A stretch of DNA of 64,000 nucleotides, taken from NCBI GenBank assembly GCA_965112735.1, contig OZ218952.1, positions 5,797,264 to 5,861,263 of the forward strand, in the 5' to 3' direction. The stretch comes from Phaeosaccion multiseriatum (taxonomy: Eukaryota > Protista > Ochrophyta, other classes). Positions 16,401 to 29,581 of this stretch are shown here, piece by piece. The position numbers and the translations under genes are program-made. A model generated the notes under the pieces. It was not told the DNA's origin and did not search any database. It saw only the letters and a list, made by a program, of their open reading frames with translations. Within the stretch, counting starts at the first letter, position 1; every line of letters starts with the position of its first letter.

Positions 16401-18889
16401 TTGTTCGTATTTTGTCAACAGAACTACCCGGACCCGACCACCGTGGTGAACAAGTACGGCGCGGACAGCCTCCGCCTGTACCTCATCAACAGCAACGTCG
16501 TCAAGGCCGAGCCCCTGCGCTTCAAAGAGGCCGGCGTGCACGGCGTGGTGAAGGACGTGCTGCTGCCTTGGTTTAACGCGTTCCGCTTCTTCGCTCAGCA
16601 GGTAAGGCGCTGCTTGGCTGCCTCTCTGCAGCCTCTTGTGTGTGTGTGTGTGTGTGTGTGTTGCATCGCAGAGATAAGATGTGCGCACGCCGGACTGTGT
16701 GTGCTTGTGCTCGTGCGTGTGCAACAGGTGGTGCGCTGGGAGACTGGCACCGGCAAGGACTTTGTCCCCAACGCGGAAACGGCCAACACCTCGACCAACC
16801 CTCTGGACTGCTGGATCAACGCCTCCCTGCAGGGCCTTGTGCAGTGCGTGCACGAGGAGATGGGCGCCTACCGCCTAGACACGGTGCGTGCAGTGCGACA
16901 GGGGCGGCTGGAGATCGAGGGAACAGCGGCCGAGGGAAGAGGGGGAGGGAGAATGGGGCGAGGGAAGAACATACACTGCAACCTTTGCGCTGACACCACA
17001 CCCCCCCTCCTCCTCCTGTCCTCCTTCTGCTCTGTCGTCTTTTGCGAGGATAGGTGACGCCTCGGCTCGTTCACTTCATTGAGGACCTGACGAATTGGTA
17101 CGTCAGGCTCAATCGGAAGCGACTCAAGGGGGACGACGGCGACGAGGTACGTCTATTCAAATCGAAGCAAGTGTTTGGAAGAGCTTGCCTGCTCTCCAGC
17201 CACTCACCCCCTCTCGCCGCTTTGCCCCCTCCAGGAAGCCTACGTGGGCCTCTGCTGTCTCTTGGAGGTGCTGCTGAGCGTCACCCTCCTCATGGCCCCC
17301 TTCGCGCCTTTCTTCTCGGAGTACGTGTATCAGTACCTGCGCAAGCTGCTGCCCGCGTACAGCGACCCTTCCGCTGCTCTTGATGCCCCAGGTGAGTGCG
17401 TGAGTGGGCTTGGCGGCTTGGAGGCCTGTCCCGCTGGGCCCCAGTGCACTTGCACTTCCTCCTCGGCCTGTTCCCCTTATCTCTCGTCTCCTCCCCAACC
17501 CTCGACCCTCGACCCTCGACCCTCGACCGCCCCGCTCTGCTGCACATGCACAGGCAAAGCGGACAGCGTGCACTACGTTCTGTTGCCGGCTTTTGACGCC
17601 GCCAAGCTCAACGAGCAGGCCAAGCAGGCGGAGCGTGAAGTCATTGCCATGCAGCAGATCATCAACATCGGCAGAACCGCTCGGGATAAAAGGAACATCA
17701 GGTACGGTGCTGACTGCTGCAGTTGCGGCTCGAAATCATTCCCCTACGAACGACGATTTGAAGGCTCTTGACCCTCCTCCTCCTCCTTCTCCTCCTCCTC
17801 CCCCTCCACCCCCTCTTCGTTCTGTTCCCTCTTTGACAGCCTCAGGACGCCGGTGAAGGAGGTGGTTGTGGTGTCTCAAGACGAGACTGTGCTGGGGGGG
17901 GCGGAGCACCTGCTCGGGTACATTAAGGCCGAGCTCAACACGTGGAAGGTGACGCTCTCAAGGGAGGAGGACAAGTGGGGGGAGCTGGAGGCGGTGCCTA
18001 ACACACGGCTGCTCGGGAAGAGGCTGCAGAAAGCGCTCTCGTCGGTGTGTGCCGAGTTCAAAACGCTCACCGGGGCCGAGGACGGCCAACAGAGGATCAG
18101 AGACTTCCTGCAGAGCGGCTCCATCACCGTGGCCGGGCATGAGCTGAAGGGGGAGGATGTCGTCATCTCCAGAAACTTCAAGGGGGACCCGGCGGTGTAC
18201 GAGGGGGGGGCGAGCGAGGACCTGGCAGTGCCTGTGCTCGTGGCCATTGACTGCACGAGGGACGAGCGTATCGCCAGCGAGCAGCGCGCGAGGGAGTTTG
18301 TGAGCGCAGTGCAGCTGCTGAGGAAGTCGTCAGGCCTGCAGATGGGGGATGCGGTGGAGGTGTTCTTTGCCGGGGGAGAGGCCATGGAGCAGTCCATCAC
18401 CGCTGAGGCCAACAAGGCCCTCATCAAGGGCACCATCTTTGTTACGCCGGTGCAGCTCAAGGCCCTGCCCGAGCACGCTGTGGAGCTGGGGAGGCACTCA
18501 GCTGCGGCGGGAGACGAGAAGGTGCCCCTCACTATTGTGCTTGTCAAGCCGTGTGTGTTGGTCAAGGCCGACACGCTTGCCGACACGTGCAAGCAGGCGG
18601 GAGTAGACCCGAAGGTACAGTACGGTAGATAGGCGTAGATGGAGGTGACCAAACGCAGCCCCCCCCCCCCCCCTCCTTTCTTGATGTACAGCAAGCCTCT
18701 TCTCATCGTCCTTCCACTTCCTTCGCACTTCCACTTGTCTTCCTGATGCAGGTCACTCGCATGCTCCTGACGGGAATGGACTTCCACCGACTGAAGGAGG
18801 AGGCAGCCCCCAGTGTTTCGTTCAACCTGGACGGCAAGGATGTGACTCTCACACGCGGGGCAGACTACTCCTTCGGGCTCTTGCAATAG
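12574..18889 (+). CDS. IARS1: Cytosolic (type 2) isoleucyl-tRNA synthetase, about 20 exons
   Basis: [91 protein letters not shown]. Confidence 0.97.
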
Positions 18890-19120
18890 CGCTACCCTGC
18901 ACACCTTGATCTATAGAGTCAGACTGTTCGTCATTAGTGAGAGAAAATACACCGTTTTATTTTTGTTTTAGTCAGTAATAATGGCGCCCTTGAGGGGCGT
19001 GTCTCTTGTTCATGCTATTGGCATGCTCGCAAGGGGCTTCGCTTCGTACAAGACGTTGTAATACAGAAAGTACAGGATAGTCTGGGCGCTCGATCCAACC
19101 CCGATTCCCTTCGAGCTCTG

Positions 19121-19232
19121 CTATCCGTAGGTGGTGACCACCTGTCCGCCGTACGGAGGAAGGAGCAGGAGAAGGAGGAGAAGGAGATGAGCATGAGGAT
19201 GATGATAATGTGGACACACGTCCACGCACACA

Positions 19233-19276
<44 letters not shown>

Positions 19277-22200
19277 CTCTGCCCCGGTTCCCTTGATCAA
19301 TAAGACAGGCGCAATCCCGTCGCTAATGGCCTCCACATAGCCGAGCAGGTCGATGGCGTTGGTTTTCGGCTGAAGAGGCAGATTTGTCACGACGAGCTTG
19401 GCTTTGCTGCTGTACTGCAAGATAGACCTGTGATGCCGTTTGGAAAACAATGTACAGCCAGGGCGTCAACAAAGACTGAGTCATCCTTTTCACCACTCTC
19501 TTACGCTTTTGCTTGCTTGGGTAAGAGTACGAATCTGAGGTTGGTCTCCCACTTTGCCCCACCTCCCCCCTCTCCCTCCCTCGCTCCTTCCCACCCGCCA
19601 TCCCTCCCTCTCTGTCTCTCCTTCCTCCCTCATACCGGGCAGGCAGGCAGGGCTGCAGCACGCACCTATTGAGGAGGAAGGCCGTCCGCATGACGTCCTC
19701 CTCTTGCCCAGCTCGGTCCTGACTCATGTCTGCCGTGGCTGGGTGCGGAGTCTCCTCTGACTCCAGCTCCTGAGACACATGAACGGACAAGACATAAGGA
19801 GAGAAGGGAGGCAAAAGTGAATCACTCGTACGCACGACACACCCGGTTCAGGTGCCAGGTATCCGATAAATCTCTCGTGCTCTTCCTTCCTTGCTCTCTA
19901 CTGTCCTGTCTGTACCTCTGGCTCGGTCTGAGATCTGCCCTCGATGATGGAGTTGACCACCACGCACTTGTCCCTGAAATTGTGCGCGCCTGTTCGACTG
20001 TCGGAGTTCAAAGACAGCTGCGCCACACCGGCGTTCTTGGCGTGGTCCTGCAGCGGCAGCAGTTGGTGATAAGAGCAGCAGAGTAGCAGACGACGGGAGT
20101 GACGGGCGTGAGACAACTCAAGAGACGAGCGGTCCTTCCTTTAGGCGAGAGATGGAACCTACCTGCTGCGCTCGATCCTCCATGGCTCTACGGTACAGCT
20201 CGTCGTTGAAAGACGTGTCCCTGAGGTCGATGGCGCGCACGGACGCCTTGATGCGCACCTGCTCCAGGTACTCCTGCACGTCCCTCTCCACCTGACTGGG
20301 CACGTCGCTGCCGTCCATCACCACGCTGAACAGGCGGATGGAGCAGCGCTAGAGAGAGAGAGGAGGGGGAGGGGGGAGAACGATAAGGCCTTTGGCCAGG
20401 GAGACGCGATTGGAGACAAAAGGCCGTGTTCCGCCTCGTGGAAGTAGTCACGATACGAACGATACTATCGCACCTTCCATGTGCGGTGCAGGGTAAGGAG
20501 GTAGGGCACCAGCAGGAGGAGCCCGCCGTCGTGCGCCACCCACCAAATGTCGATGGTGTTCCCTCTGCGGTGCGGGCAAAAAGCATCACATCACAGCAGG
20601 AGCAGCACTTGTGAGCCTTAGGGCCAAGCCACACAGCCGAGTGTAGGCTGTAGGCTCCCATGCAAGGCAAAGCAAGGCAGTGCAAGGCCAAGGCACACCG
20701 ACCAACCTCAAGAGCGCCTCGAAGCCGGAGGGGAGCTTTTTGTTGCCCTTGAGCACCATGACGGCTTTCTGGGCATTGACGGCGCCACGCAGCATGCTGA
20801 CAAACTGTGTGTGCACACAAGACAAGAGATAACCTTGAGGGCCAAGCGCAGGGGAGGCGAGAGAGTGGATTCAATACTCTATCACATCATACCTTGGTAC
20901 CCTTTTCGAAGTTCTTGCTCCAGTCCTCTGGCCACCCAAAGAGGACCGTGTTTGGCTGCATCGTGCCAATGCCGGTGTGGTGCATGACTGTGACTGCGCT
21001 CTCCACGACGTTCTGACAGATGGACACTTTGCTGAAGCCGTCAATGCTCTCATCCACCAAGTGCACGTTCAGCACCCGCTGTGCTTCCTTCTGCTCGTTG
21101 GCAAGTGGCACGGCAGGGCATGGCACAAGCAAGTAAGCAAGTATGGATGGATGCGTTACTTGTGGGGGGAGGAAGGCTCGTCAGGGCCCTCCACACGCAC
21201 GCACGCTCGCAGGGCCTTCCGTCCGCGCCTCTTACTCACACTCGCCGCCAATAGGGGCTCTCTTCCAGCACCACCCAAACCTCCTGCTTCTCGTCATCAT
21301 CACCACTCGTCTTTCTCTGGAGCCTCCTCACGTACCGCCTTGACAGTGTCTTCGATAATGTCTCCAGGCATGAGCGCAATGGCCATCAACAGGCCTCGCC
21401 CCATCTTCATTTGTCCGGCGAGCGTCAAGAGCTCCGGCACCGTCGGGTTGCCCTTCTCGTCCACCTTTCACAAGAGAGAACGAGGAGGGAAAGAGAACTG
21501 AATTTTCCGCTCTTTACGCACTCCCACCCCCAACACCAGCCTCTTCTTACTTTGCAAAAGACAAGGAGCTGGGGCCGCCAATTCTTGGGGTGCATTTCTC
21601 GGTACGAGAGACTCAGCAGCATGTCTCTTGCCAGCTGAAAGCGGAAGCCCACGAGCGTGTCTCCCCAGTCCCGTGTTGCGTTGTTGTACTTGACGTAGAA
21701 GAGCAGCGTGAAGGCCAGGAAAATGGCAATCACGGCCATCTGAAAGAGACAGGGAGGAAAACAAACAGCAAAACTGCCCGTTACGCGTCGCCCTTGCTGC
21801 TGCTGCCAGATACAAGGCTGGAGAAGCAAACAACTCACTTAAGTCACTGACTCAAAACACACTTAATCAAAACACTTGCCTTCCAAGAGATGATGAGCAT
21901 GATGGCCACACACATGAGGCAGCCCAAAAGGGCAGTGTGCCAGCTGTAGTACTTCCACTCAGGCCGGAAGCCCGGAGACTGCCCAGGCAAGGCGAAGGAG
22001 TCAAACACGGGGGGGGGGGGGGGGGGGGGTAGCCGGGGCGGGACGTGACTACGGGCCCGGCAGAGCAAAGTACAGCAAAGCAAGCCACAGCAAGCCTTCT
22101 TTCCCTTGACATCCATACCTGAAGAATGCTCAGCACGAAGCAGCTAAAGTTGATGGCTCCATACATGAGCAGAAAGAACATAGTAACGACAGGGGAGATG

Positions 22201-24673
22201 TAGTCCAGATTACCCGCCAGGCACGGGATTGATGCGAGGATCCACGTCAACACCACCGCACGACTCGGCTCCTGTACAGAGGGAGAGGAGAGGGGGGGGG
22301 GGCGTGAATCACCGTCAAGAGAGGCGCGTGGGAGCGGGGAGGGAGTGGAGGCATGCATACGAACCTTATCCGGGGGAGGGGCGAAGTGGACTAGGAAAGG
22401 AATCGTCCGGTCGTTGGCGATGGCCGCAAGGAGGCGAGAGGCGCCCACGATACACTGAGGGGGGACAGGAAGATGGCACAAGCACAAGCAAGGGTTCCGC
22501 GCGAGTCAATGAGGGACGGGGCCAGCGGTAAGGGGCACGAAGACGACCCCATGAGACACCCACCCACCCACCCACCCACGCACCTGCATGGCGGCCCCGC
22601 AGGAGGAGAAGACGATGCCGAGGCTCACAAGGTACTGCGTAGGCCACGCAACCTTCGCCGCCACGAGCTTGTCGTCAATCAACGTTTCGTGGCTCATGCT
22701 GCGTTGGGAATCCGAAGAGAGGCCAAGCACATTTAGAGTGACTGTGACCCCTCTCGAAACAGGGGAGAGGGATAGGAGAGAACAGATAAAAGGGGATTGG
22801 TCCAACCCCTCTTCTCACCTGGACCCAAAGAGAAGTGTGAATAGCACGTACAACATGGTAGTAAACGCAATGGCGTTGAGCGTCCCCTGTGTAGCAAAGG
22901 AGGCGGCGGGGCGGCAAAGTGAGGGGAGGGTGTGTGGGGGAATCGAATCGAGACTTGACCGCAGTAGTCGTACCGTCGGGATGCTCTTCCCCGGCGTTGC
23001 TAAGGCTGCCGAGCGATTGCACCCTGCCATGATGCCCGTGGCCGATGGGAAGAACAAGGCCTGGTCCCGCAGGAAAGCGAAGGGGGAGAGCACCATCCGT
23101 CAGCAAAGACTGTCGTGCCCACTCTTCCTTTGAGAAGAGACCCGCTTACTTACCAGCAGAGAGAAGAACGTCGGGGTGATGCCCGTATCCGGGTCCTCCG
23201 TGAAGTGCGGCTTGATGGAGTCGAAGGCGTCTCGGTCCTCGGAAGAGAGCCCTCCGTTGTACTGACCCGCAGCGAAGAGCAGCACGCCGACAATGATACT
23301 AACATAGACGGAGAGAGACAGAGAGAGAGAGGGAGGTTTGTGTTGTTCGTGCCTACCTCGCAAAAAGCTCTCCCGGGCCAACCAACCTTGCAATGGAGAA
23401 GAAGACCATGCCCAGAAACACTGTGGATGAAGCATCCACTACTCGCCCCCCCACGCCCACCGTGCCCGAGAGCAGGGCCATGAACACGAGAGCGAGCACT
23501 TGTTGGCTGCCGGGCCACGAGCCCACAGAAAACGTGGAGGATATCGTCTCCACTGCCCCCAATACGTAAATGCTGCAATTGGCGGGAGCAGGTGGAGAGA
23601 AGGGGGAGGGGGTTAGAAGAATTCCTGCCCTCCCTCCTGAGAGCTCTGCTGTGCCGCGTGTACCTCTACCCTACACACCTGGCCGCCATGGTGGTACCCA
23701 GATAGAACAGAGTTCCAATGGCCCCACCAATCTCCACCCCCAGGTTTCTTGATATCATGTAGTAGGGTCCGCCCGCCTGGCACAGGGGAAAGTGAGAGGG
23801 CCAACAATGAGCTACGCACTCGCCTCGCATCGCCTGGCCTTGCACCCTTCTCCTCTCTCCTCTCTGCTCCCACCCCCCCACCTGGACTGTTCCATTCGTC
23901 GCAATAGCGCTCATGCTCAATGTCGTCAGCAAGGTTGTGAGTTTGGACAGAAATATAATAAGCATGGTCAAGCCTGCGCCCTGTGCGACAAGAGTGGAGG
24001 CACGACAGGGTTGGGGTTTGAGTGAGGCTTGATGCATCTCGTTGTGGCAATGGAACAGAGAGGGGACTCTGACGCACCGCCTCCCCCGTGATGAATGGCA
24101 GCCGGATGAAGAGGATCACGCCCATGATGTTCTGCACGCACGGCAAGAACACACCCTGGGAGTTGGGGGCAGGGGACGGACGGGGCACGGCGCAGGCTGT
24201 GAGAAGAGGAAGCTCACTCTTCTTCCTTCCCACTATTTCGGGTTTCGCAAGCAAGAGCGCCAGCATACCTTCAGCGTGTTCATCTTTTGGACGCTGGCTC
24301 CGGCACGGGCCGCCTTCGCGGCAGCCTCCTTGTTCTTGGCACTCATCACGTATTCCCCGGGCACGATGGACGTGTCCTCCACCCAAGGGGCCTGCAGAGT
24401 GGAAACGGTGCTCGTGAGCTTCGAGCACACAGCGCAGGCAGGGCAGAGGGAACACCTAATCCCTTCCCTCTCGTCATCAGGTCGTTGTTGATTCCACCGT
24501 ACCTCTGCCGTCCCGCCCGCGGGCGAAAATGGTATCATCTCGATGTCCTGCAGCTTCTCCTCCCCCATTGGTGTTTGCCGTGGGTTTTCAGTCCATTCGA
24601 ACCTCGGTCTGGGCTGGCCGTCGCTGCCCCCGCTATTCAGCATGATGGCTTCCCGGCGACGACTCTCGATCAT
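19121..24673 (-). CDS. SLC12 cation-chloride cotransporter (KCC-like), multi-exon
   Basis: [75 protein letters not shown]. Confidence 0.93.
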
Positions 24674-24924
24674 CGACTCTCACACTACTTTCGCTCTAAC
24701 ACCGGACTTCCACGCTACCGGATGCGGAGCACTCACTCCGCACTCACTCCCCTTGTCTTTCTTTGGGCGATTTTCCCATCATATCCCCTATGCATCTCCT
24801 TTCTTTCTCTGTCTTTCCTTGCTTCTCCTTATATACGGAGTTGTGTTCACTCTCATCGTATGTCAATTGGCCCAAGCACAGGCAGCGGTAACCTCCCTCC
24901 CCTGAGAAGTCAGAAATTAATAAC

Positions 24925-26579
24925 ATGTCCCACTCTATGGACGCTGCGCTGCAGCAGGAGATCAGAGCCTTGCCCGGAAATACCAAGTGTGCCGAGTGCA
25001 ACGCGGCCAACCCCCAGTGGGCTTCGGTGCGTGTTGACCCCTCTGTTTTGTCTCTCTTGATCTCTCCCGCGCGCTGTCGCTCTCTGACGCGCCACCTCTC
25101 TCTCCCTCCCCCCCGCCCAATCTCCCTCTCCTCCCCTCCTCTCTCGCTCCCTCTCTGTCTCTCCCTCTCCGCCCTCTCCGACCCCCCCTCCTCTATCGTT
25201 CTCTCTGTCTGTCTCCCTCTGTCTGTTCCGCACAGGTCACGTATGGAAGTGTCTTTTGTCTCGACTGCTCAGGTAAGAGAAGAGAAGGCGAGAGGGATGA
25301 ACGAGTCAGGCAAGCCGCGCCTCTATGGTTATATACCGATCACTCCCCCCTCTCCTCTCTGAAACCAACCCAACCAACAGGAAAGCATCGCTCGCTCGGG
25401 GTGCACCTCTCATTTGTGCGCAGTATTACGATGGACTCGTGGTCTGACAAGCAAATTCAGATGATGCGCCTTGGAGGCAATGCAGCATTGCTGGAGTGGT
25501 TTGCAGAGCACGACATCTCCATGACCGAGTCAATATCCCAAAAGTATAACAGCGCTGCTGCTGAGTTGTACCGAGATCGCTTGGTGGCCAAAGTGGAGGG
25601 TAAGCCTCTCCCGACTGTGCTGCCAGAGCGGAAGCCTGCCAGCTCTGCAGGAGCTGGGGACTCTGCAACGATGGAACGCATGGTGGGAGAGTCAGACGAA
25701 CAGTACATTGCCCGACAGACGTGCTTAAAGGAGCAAGCGGCGGAAAGGATGAGACAAAAGTTTGGGGGGGGTGGGGGGCGCATGCAGGGCCTTGGCAGCG
25801 ATTCATCTTACGACCCCAGTCGAGGGTATGGTGGTGGAGGAGGAGGTGGTGGTGGAGGGGATTCTTCGGGCTTGGGTGAGGTGGGGCAAAAGTCCATCAA
25901 GCTTTTGGGCAACGCGTTCAGCTCCTTGGCAACAGGAGTGCAGGCAGTAGCGGAGGGGACCAGGCAGACGCTGCAGGACGAGCAGCTCGGGGCGAAAGTG
26001 TCCAACGGTTTCACGTCTATTACAGGCAAGCTCAAGGATCCCAACCTAACGAATGACCTGCGCAAGGGGGCAAGTAACACATGGGGTTTTGCCGCCTCAA
26101 TGTGGACTAAGGCCCAGGATGCAGCCCTGGGGAAGGAGGAAGATCTCAGTCTATACAAGGCTGACGCTGTGGACAGGCCTTTGCAGTCCACACAGAAATA
26201 CGAAGGCTTCGGCGGCGGGATGGATGGTGGCGGTGGCGGTGCTGATGCAGCAGACAGAGGGAGAGACGCGGGGCAAAGTCAGTGGCCGTCTTCAGGCGCT
26301 TCAGCAGACAGTTATCAGAGCAGCCAAAACGGCAATGGAGGCTACAGAGTCCCAAGCGCACATTCCCCGCCAGACAGATACGACGCTCAGCCGCGCAGTC
26401 CGACACCCCCTTACTCTCCACAGACGCACTCCCTCGCCCAGCAATTGCCTTCGCCCCCGCGGACGGTTCACCCTCCGGCTTCGCGACAAAAAGGAGGGGG
26501 AAAGGCGTGCAACAGCAGCACCAGCGCCAAGGGAGGAGAGGACGACTTCTTTGCTTCATTTGGTGTCGACGACAAATAA
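24925..26579 (+). CDS. ArfGAP1/Gcs1-like ARF GTPase-activating protein
   Basis: CAEC...NPQWAS...[26 protein letters not shown] zinc finger split by two introns; C-terminal DDFFASF. Confidence 0.92.
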
Positions 26580-26622
26580 TTATGATCCATCACGTTTGTG
26601 AACTCTCTCCCCTTGTCTCATA

Positions 26623-27968
26623 TCAGGGGGCACCACTACCTGTCTGGTCCTTCCTCGCTAGTTTGTCTGCCAGTGAAAGGCCCTTTGAAGCCCAAGGAGC
26701 GGCAGCTGCCGCGGGTTTCTCGGCGACCGCAGCCTTCGCTGGGTCACTCGCAGGCGAACTCGCCGATACAGAAGGCTCCTCGGCCTCTGCAGTCGAAGGA
26801 GTGTTCTTCTTCGAGACCTCCCAGCCTCTTGGTCGCGCTGCTGCTACTGCTGCTGCTGGTACTGCTGCTGCTGCTCCTGCTGCCGCTACTGGGGCCTTTG
26901 CTACTGGGCCCTTTCCTACCGGGGCCTGCTTGGTGCTGCCACTCGCGACGGGCTGCTGACCCTGCCCCTGGCCGTCTCCTGCTGCTGCTGCCCCCCTCTT
27001 TCTCCCGTTCATCGGGCCGCCCTCCTTCGTGCTCGGCACTGTCTTGCCTCCCTTTCTTGAAGAACTCGAAGAGGGCTTGTCTACCGCTGCTGAAGCTGTC
27101 TTCCCCTCTCCCTTTGGTGGTTCAGTGGGCGTACGAGAAGGCTTCAGCAGCGCCGCTGCGTATCCCCCAATTGCTTTCTTCGGCCCCTTGGAGTCGCTGC
27201 CTGCTTCTGACTTCGCCACATCACCCGTCTTCTTTGCCCCCCCCTGTGCGTCTGTGTGCCCGTCACACATATAGTTCCCCCAATTGTCTACTGCACCAGG
27301 AATGATGCCCTCTCGATGCACCGGCCGCCCCTTCCGCAGCTGCTCGCGAACGTCGTCAATACTCACCGAGCGTTGCCTCTGCAGGAGGTCGGTGTTCACC
27401 TCTCGATCGTAAATCATCTCATGCTTTCCCAACTCCACTCCGGGAACACCCTCGCCCACATCCTCCTTGGTCATCGCTCGCACCACTTCCATCACATCAT
27501 CTGCACTGTAGCGAATGAAGGGCTTTTGATACCCCACAGGAATCACTCCAGCGGTGGTGCTGTCACTAGTTGAGCCCTCGCCCTTCCCCTCGCCGTTCTT
27601 GTCCTCCTCGACGGCCCTCTGCTGCTGCTGTGGCGGCTCCTGAGTCGTGTCAGAAGGACCAACTCCCTCCTCACCACCAGGAAGGGGAGGGAAATTGGCT
27701 GCCGTCAACAACGGACGCCCATGCGAAGATGCCTGTCTCTTGCTTCCATCACCCTTTGCCTCGCCTCCAGCACCTGCTGCCGCCGCCTTTGCTGCAGGCC
27801 CGCCTTCCTTTTCACCGACTCTCTTTTCCACCTTCCCTTTGCCCTTCGCAGGCTTATCGCCCTTCAACCCCCCTTTCTCTACACCGCTAGCTTTCCCTTT
27901 ATCCTGTTTTCGGGCCCCACTTTGAGGCTGAGCATGCGGCGGTATCCCGCTCGCGTACTGAGCTTGCG

Positions 27969-28001
<33 letters not shown>

Positions 28002-28995
28002 TGTATTGGTGATGAAGAGGAGGAGGAGGATGGGCGTTGAGTTGTTCCTGCGTGCCCCCCGCATGCTGATGGTAAGGCTGTCCCCCTTGCAGCTGTTGTC
28101 GAGTGCTATAGGAGCCTTTTGCGCCACCGGGGGGCGCCACGAAACCCCCACCGCCCCCCCCGCCACCCCGGATGCTGCCCATTCCCCGTGCTTCAAAGGC
28201 GGTGCTCCCATGAGGAACAGCCGCATGCCCTCCTCCACCCCTTCCTGCACCGGCCCCGACGGTGCCGGCAGCGTACTTGGGAGGCATGCCCACTGTAGGA
28301 AACGCATAGTGGCCGCCTCCTCCTCCCAGAGAAGCAGGTCCGTAGTTCGTAGTGGGCGGCGCTGCTATCCCACCTGGCATACTGCCGCCCGAGCCTGGTA
28401 CCAATGGGTGACCAGTAAACCCGTGAGGAAACGGGGCACTATCTGCCGCACTTGGAACCGGGAAAAAACTTCTAAGGATATTCTCCGTCTTGAGGCGCGC
28501 TTTAATGTTAGCCCCGTTGAAAGTCTTGCTGCGGAGAGCCAGAATCTCCTTCATTGCGTCCTCTTCAGACGCGAATGTGACAAAAAAAGTGTCTCCCACA
28601 TCGCTTCTAATGCTCAGGGGCTTGGCGTGCTCCACGTCTCCTCCAGTGAAGATTTCAGCCACCTTTTCTTGCGGGGTGTCGCTCGGAATCTCCCGCAAAA
28701 TGACACAACACCGTTCGCTCCGAATGTTCGGCTTAATGCCTTCAGGAGTCAAAGTCACCAGGGTGCTGTCTGCCACGCTCTCTCTAATCAAGGCCTCGTC
28801 AGTTGTCAGTGCCTTCACCTTGGCGAATTGGGCCACCACTTTCAAAGGAACGGCCATTTGGGAGGTCATTTGGCTCACAAGGAAGCCGTCCTGCTGCAAG
28901 TTCTGCTTTGAGAAGTAAAACTCAATCTCCTTGCGGACAGCAGCGCCGACAGACTGCTCCTCCTTCTCCACCACGTCGCCGCCATTCCCGGACAT
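26623..28995 (-). CDS. La-related protein, LARP4-like (La motif + RRM), single coding exon
   Basis: EIEFYFSKQNLQQDGFLVSQM La motif followed by RCCVILREIPSDTP RRM; likely start MSGNGG at 28995. Confidence 0.85.
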
Positions 28996-29581
28996 GTCTG
29001 CCCCGCGAGTGGCCCTCCTCCCGAACGCGAACGAGCCGCTCTTCCCCCAAGCAGGACAGAGGACTACACAACCCCCGAGGAGCCCAAGAACCAGCCGCGC
29101 CAAAAGCAAGCACGGCGTACCAACAGCCTCTAATACCCGCTCTGTGGATGAAGGCGAGTCAACGGGCGAAAATGAGTGGGATAGACAGGGTAGGGAAAGG
29201 AAATGAGCATCATATGAGAGACCAGGTGAAAACAAGAACGAGGAGGGAGCCAGGGAGCCAGGGAGAAGAGAAAGGGAGAGCAAGAAGATGAAAGGACAGC
29301 ACGGAGATATGAGTGGCGGACGGGCATTGGGCGAAAGCAGAGCAGGGGAGAGAAGCGGGAAAGAGGAAGAGGCCTGCAGGGGGCAGGGACTCTTTTACTT
29401 ACTGCTGATGCTCCGTACTGGGCCTCCTCCAACTGCTGAGGCAAAAAATCTTAAGGACGAGCCATCCCTTTAAGGGGGCGGAAACCATCAACCCAGGGGG
29501 GTGCGTTGGTGTAACGTTCACGTTTTTTCCTTTTTCTCCTCCTCGGCTTTCCTGTTGTCTTCTACGGAGCTGTGGCGCACC

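Noticed and set aside
17876-18904. Long antisense ORFs opposite real genes (also 27721-28911, 32300-33121, 37243-38148)
   Set aside because: Shadow ORFs expected from GC-rich codon usage.
28996-29283. N-terminal extension of the LARP ORF
   Set aside because: Starts at a non-ATG codon in CT-rich UTR/intron-like sequence; the ATG at 28995 directly precedes the La motif.
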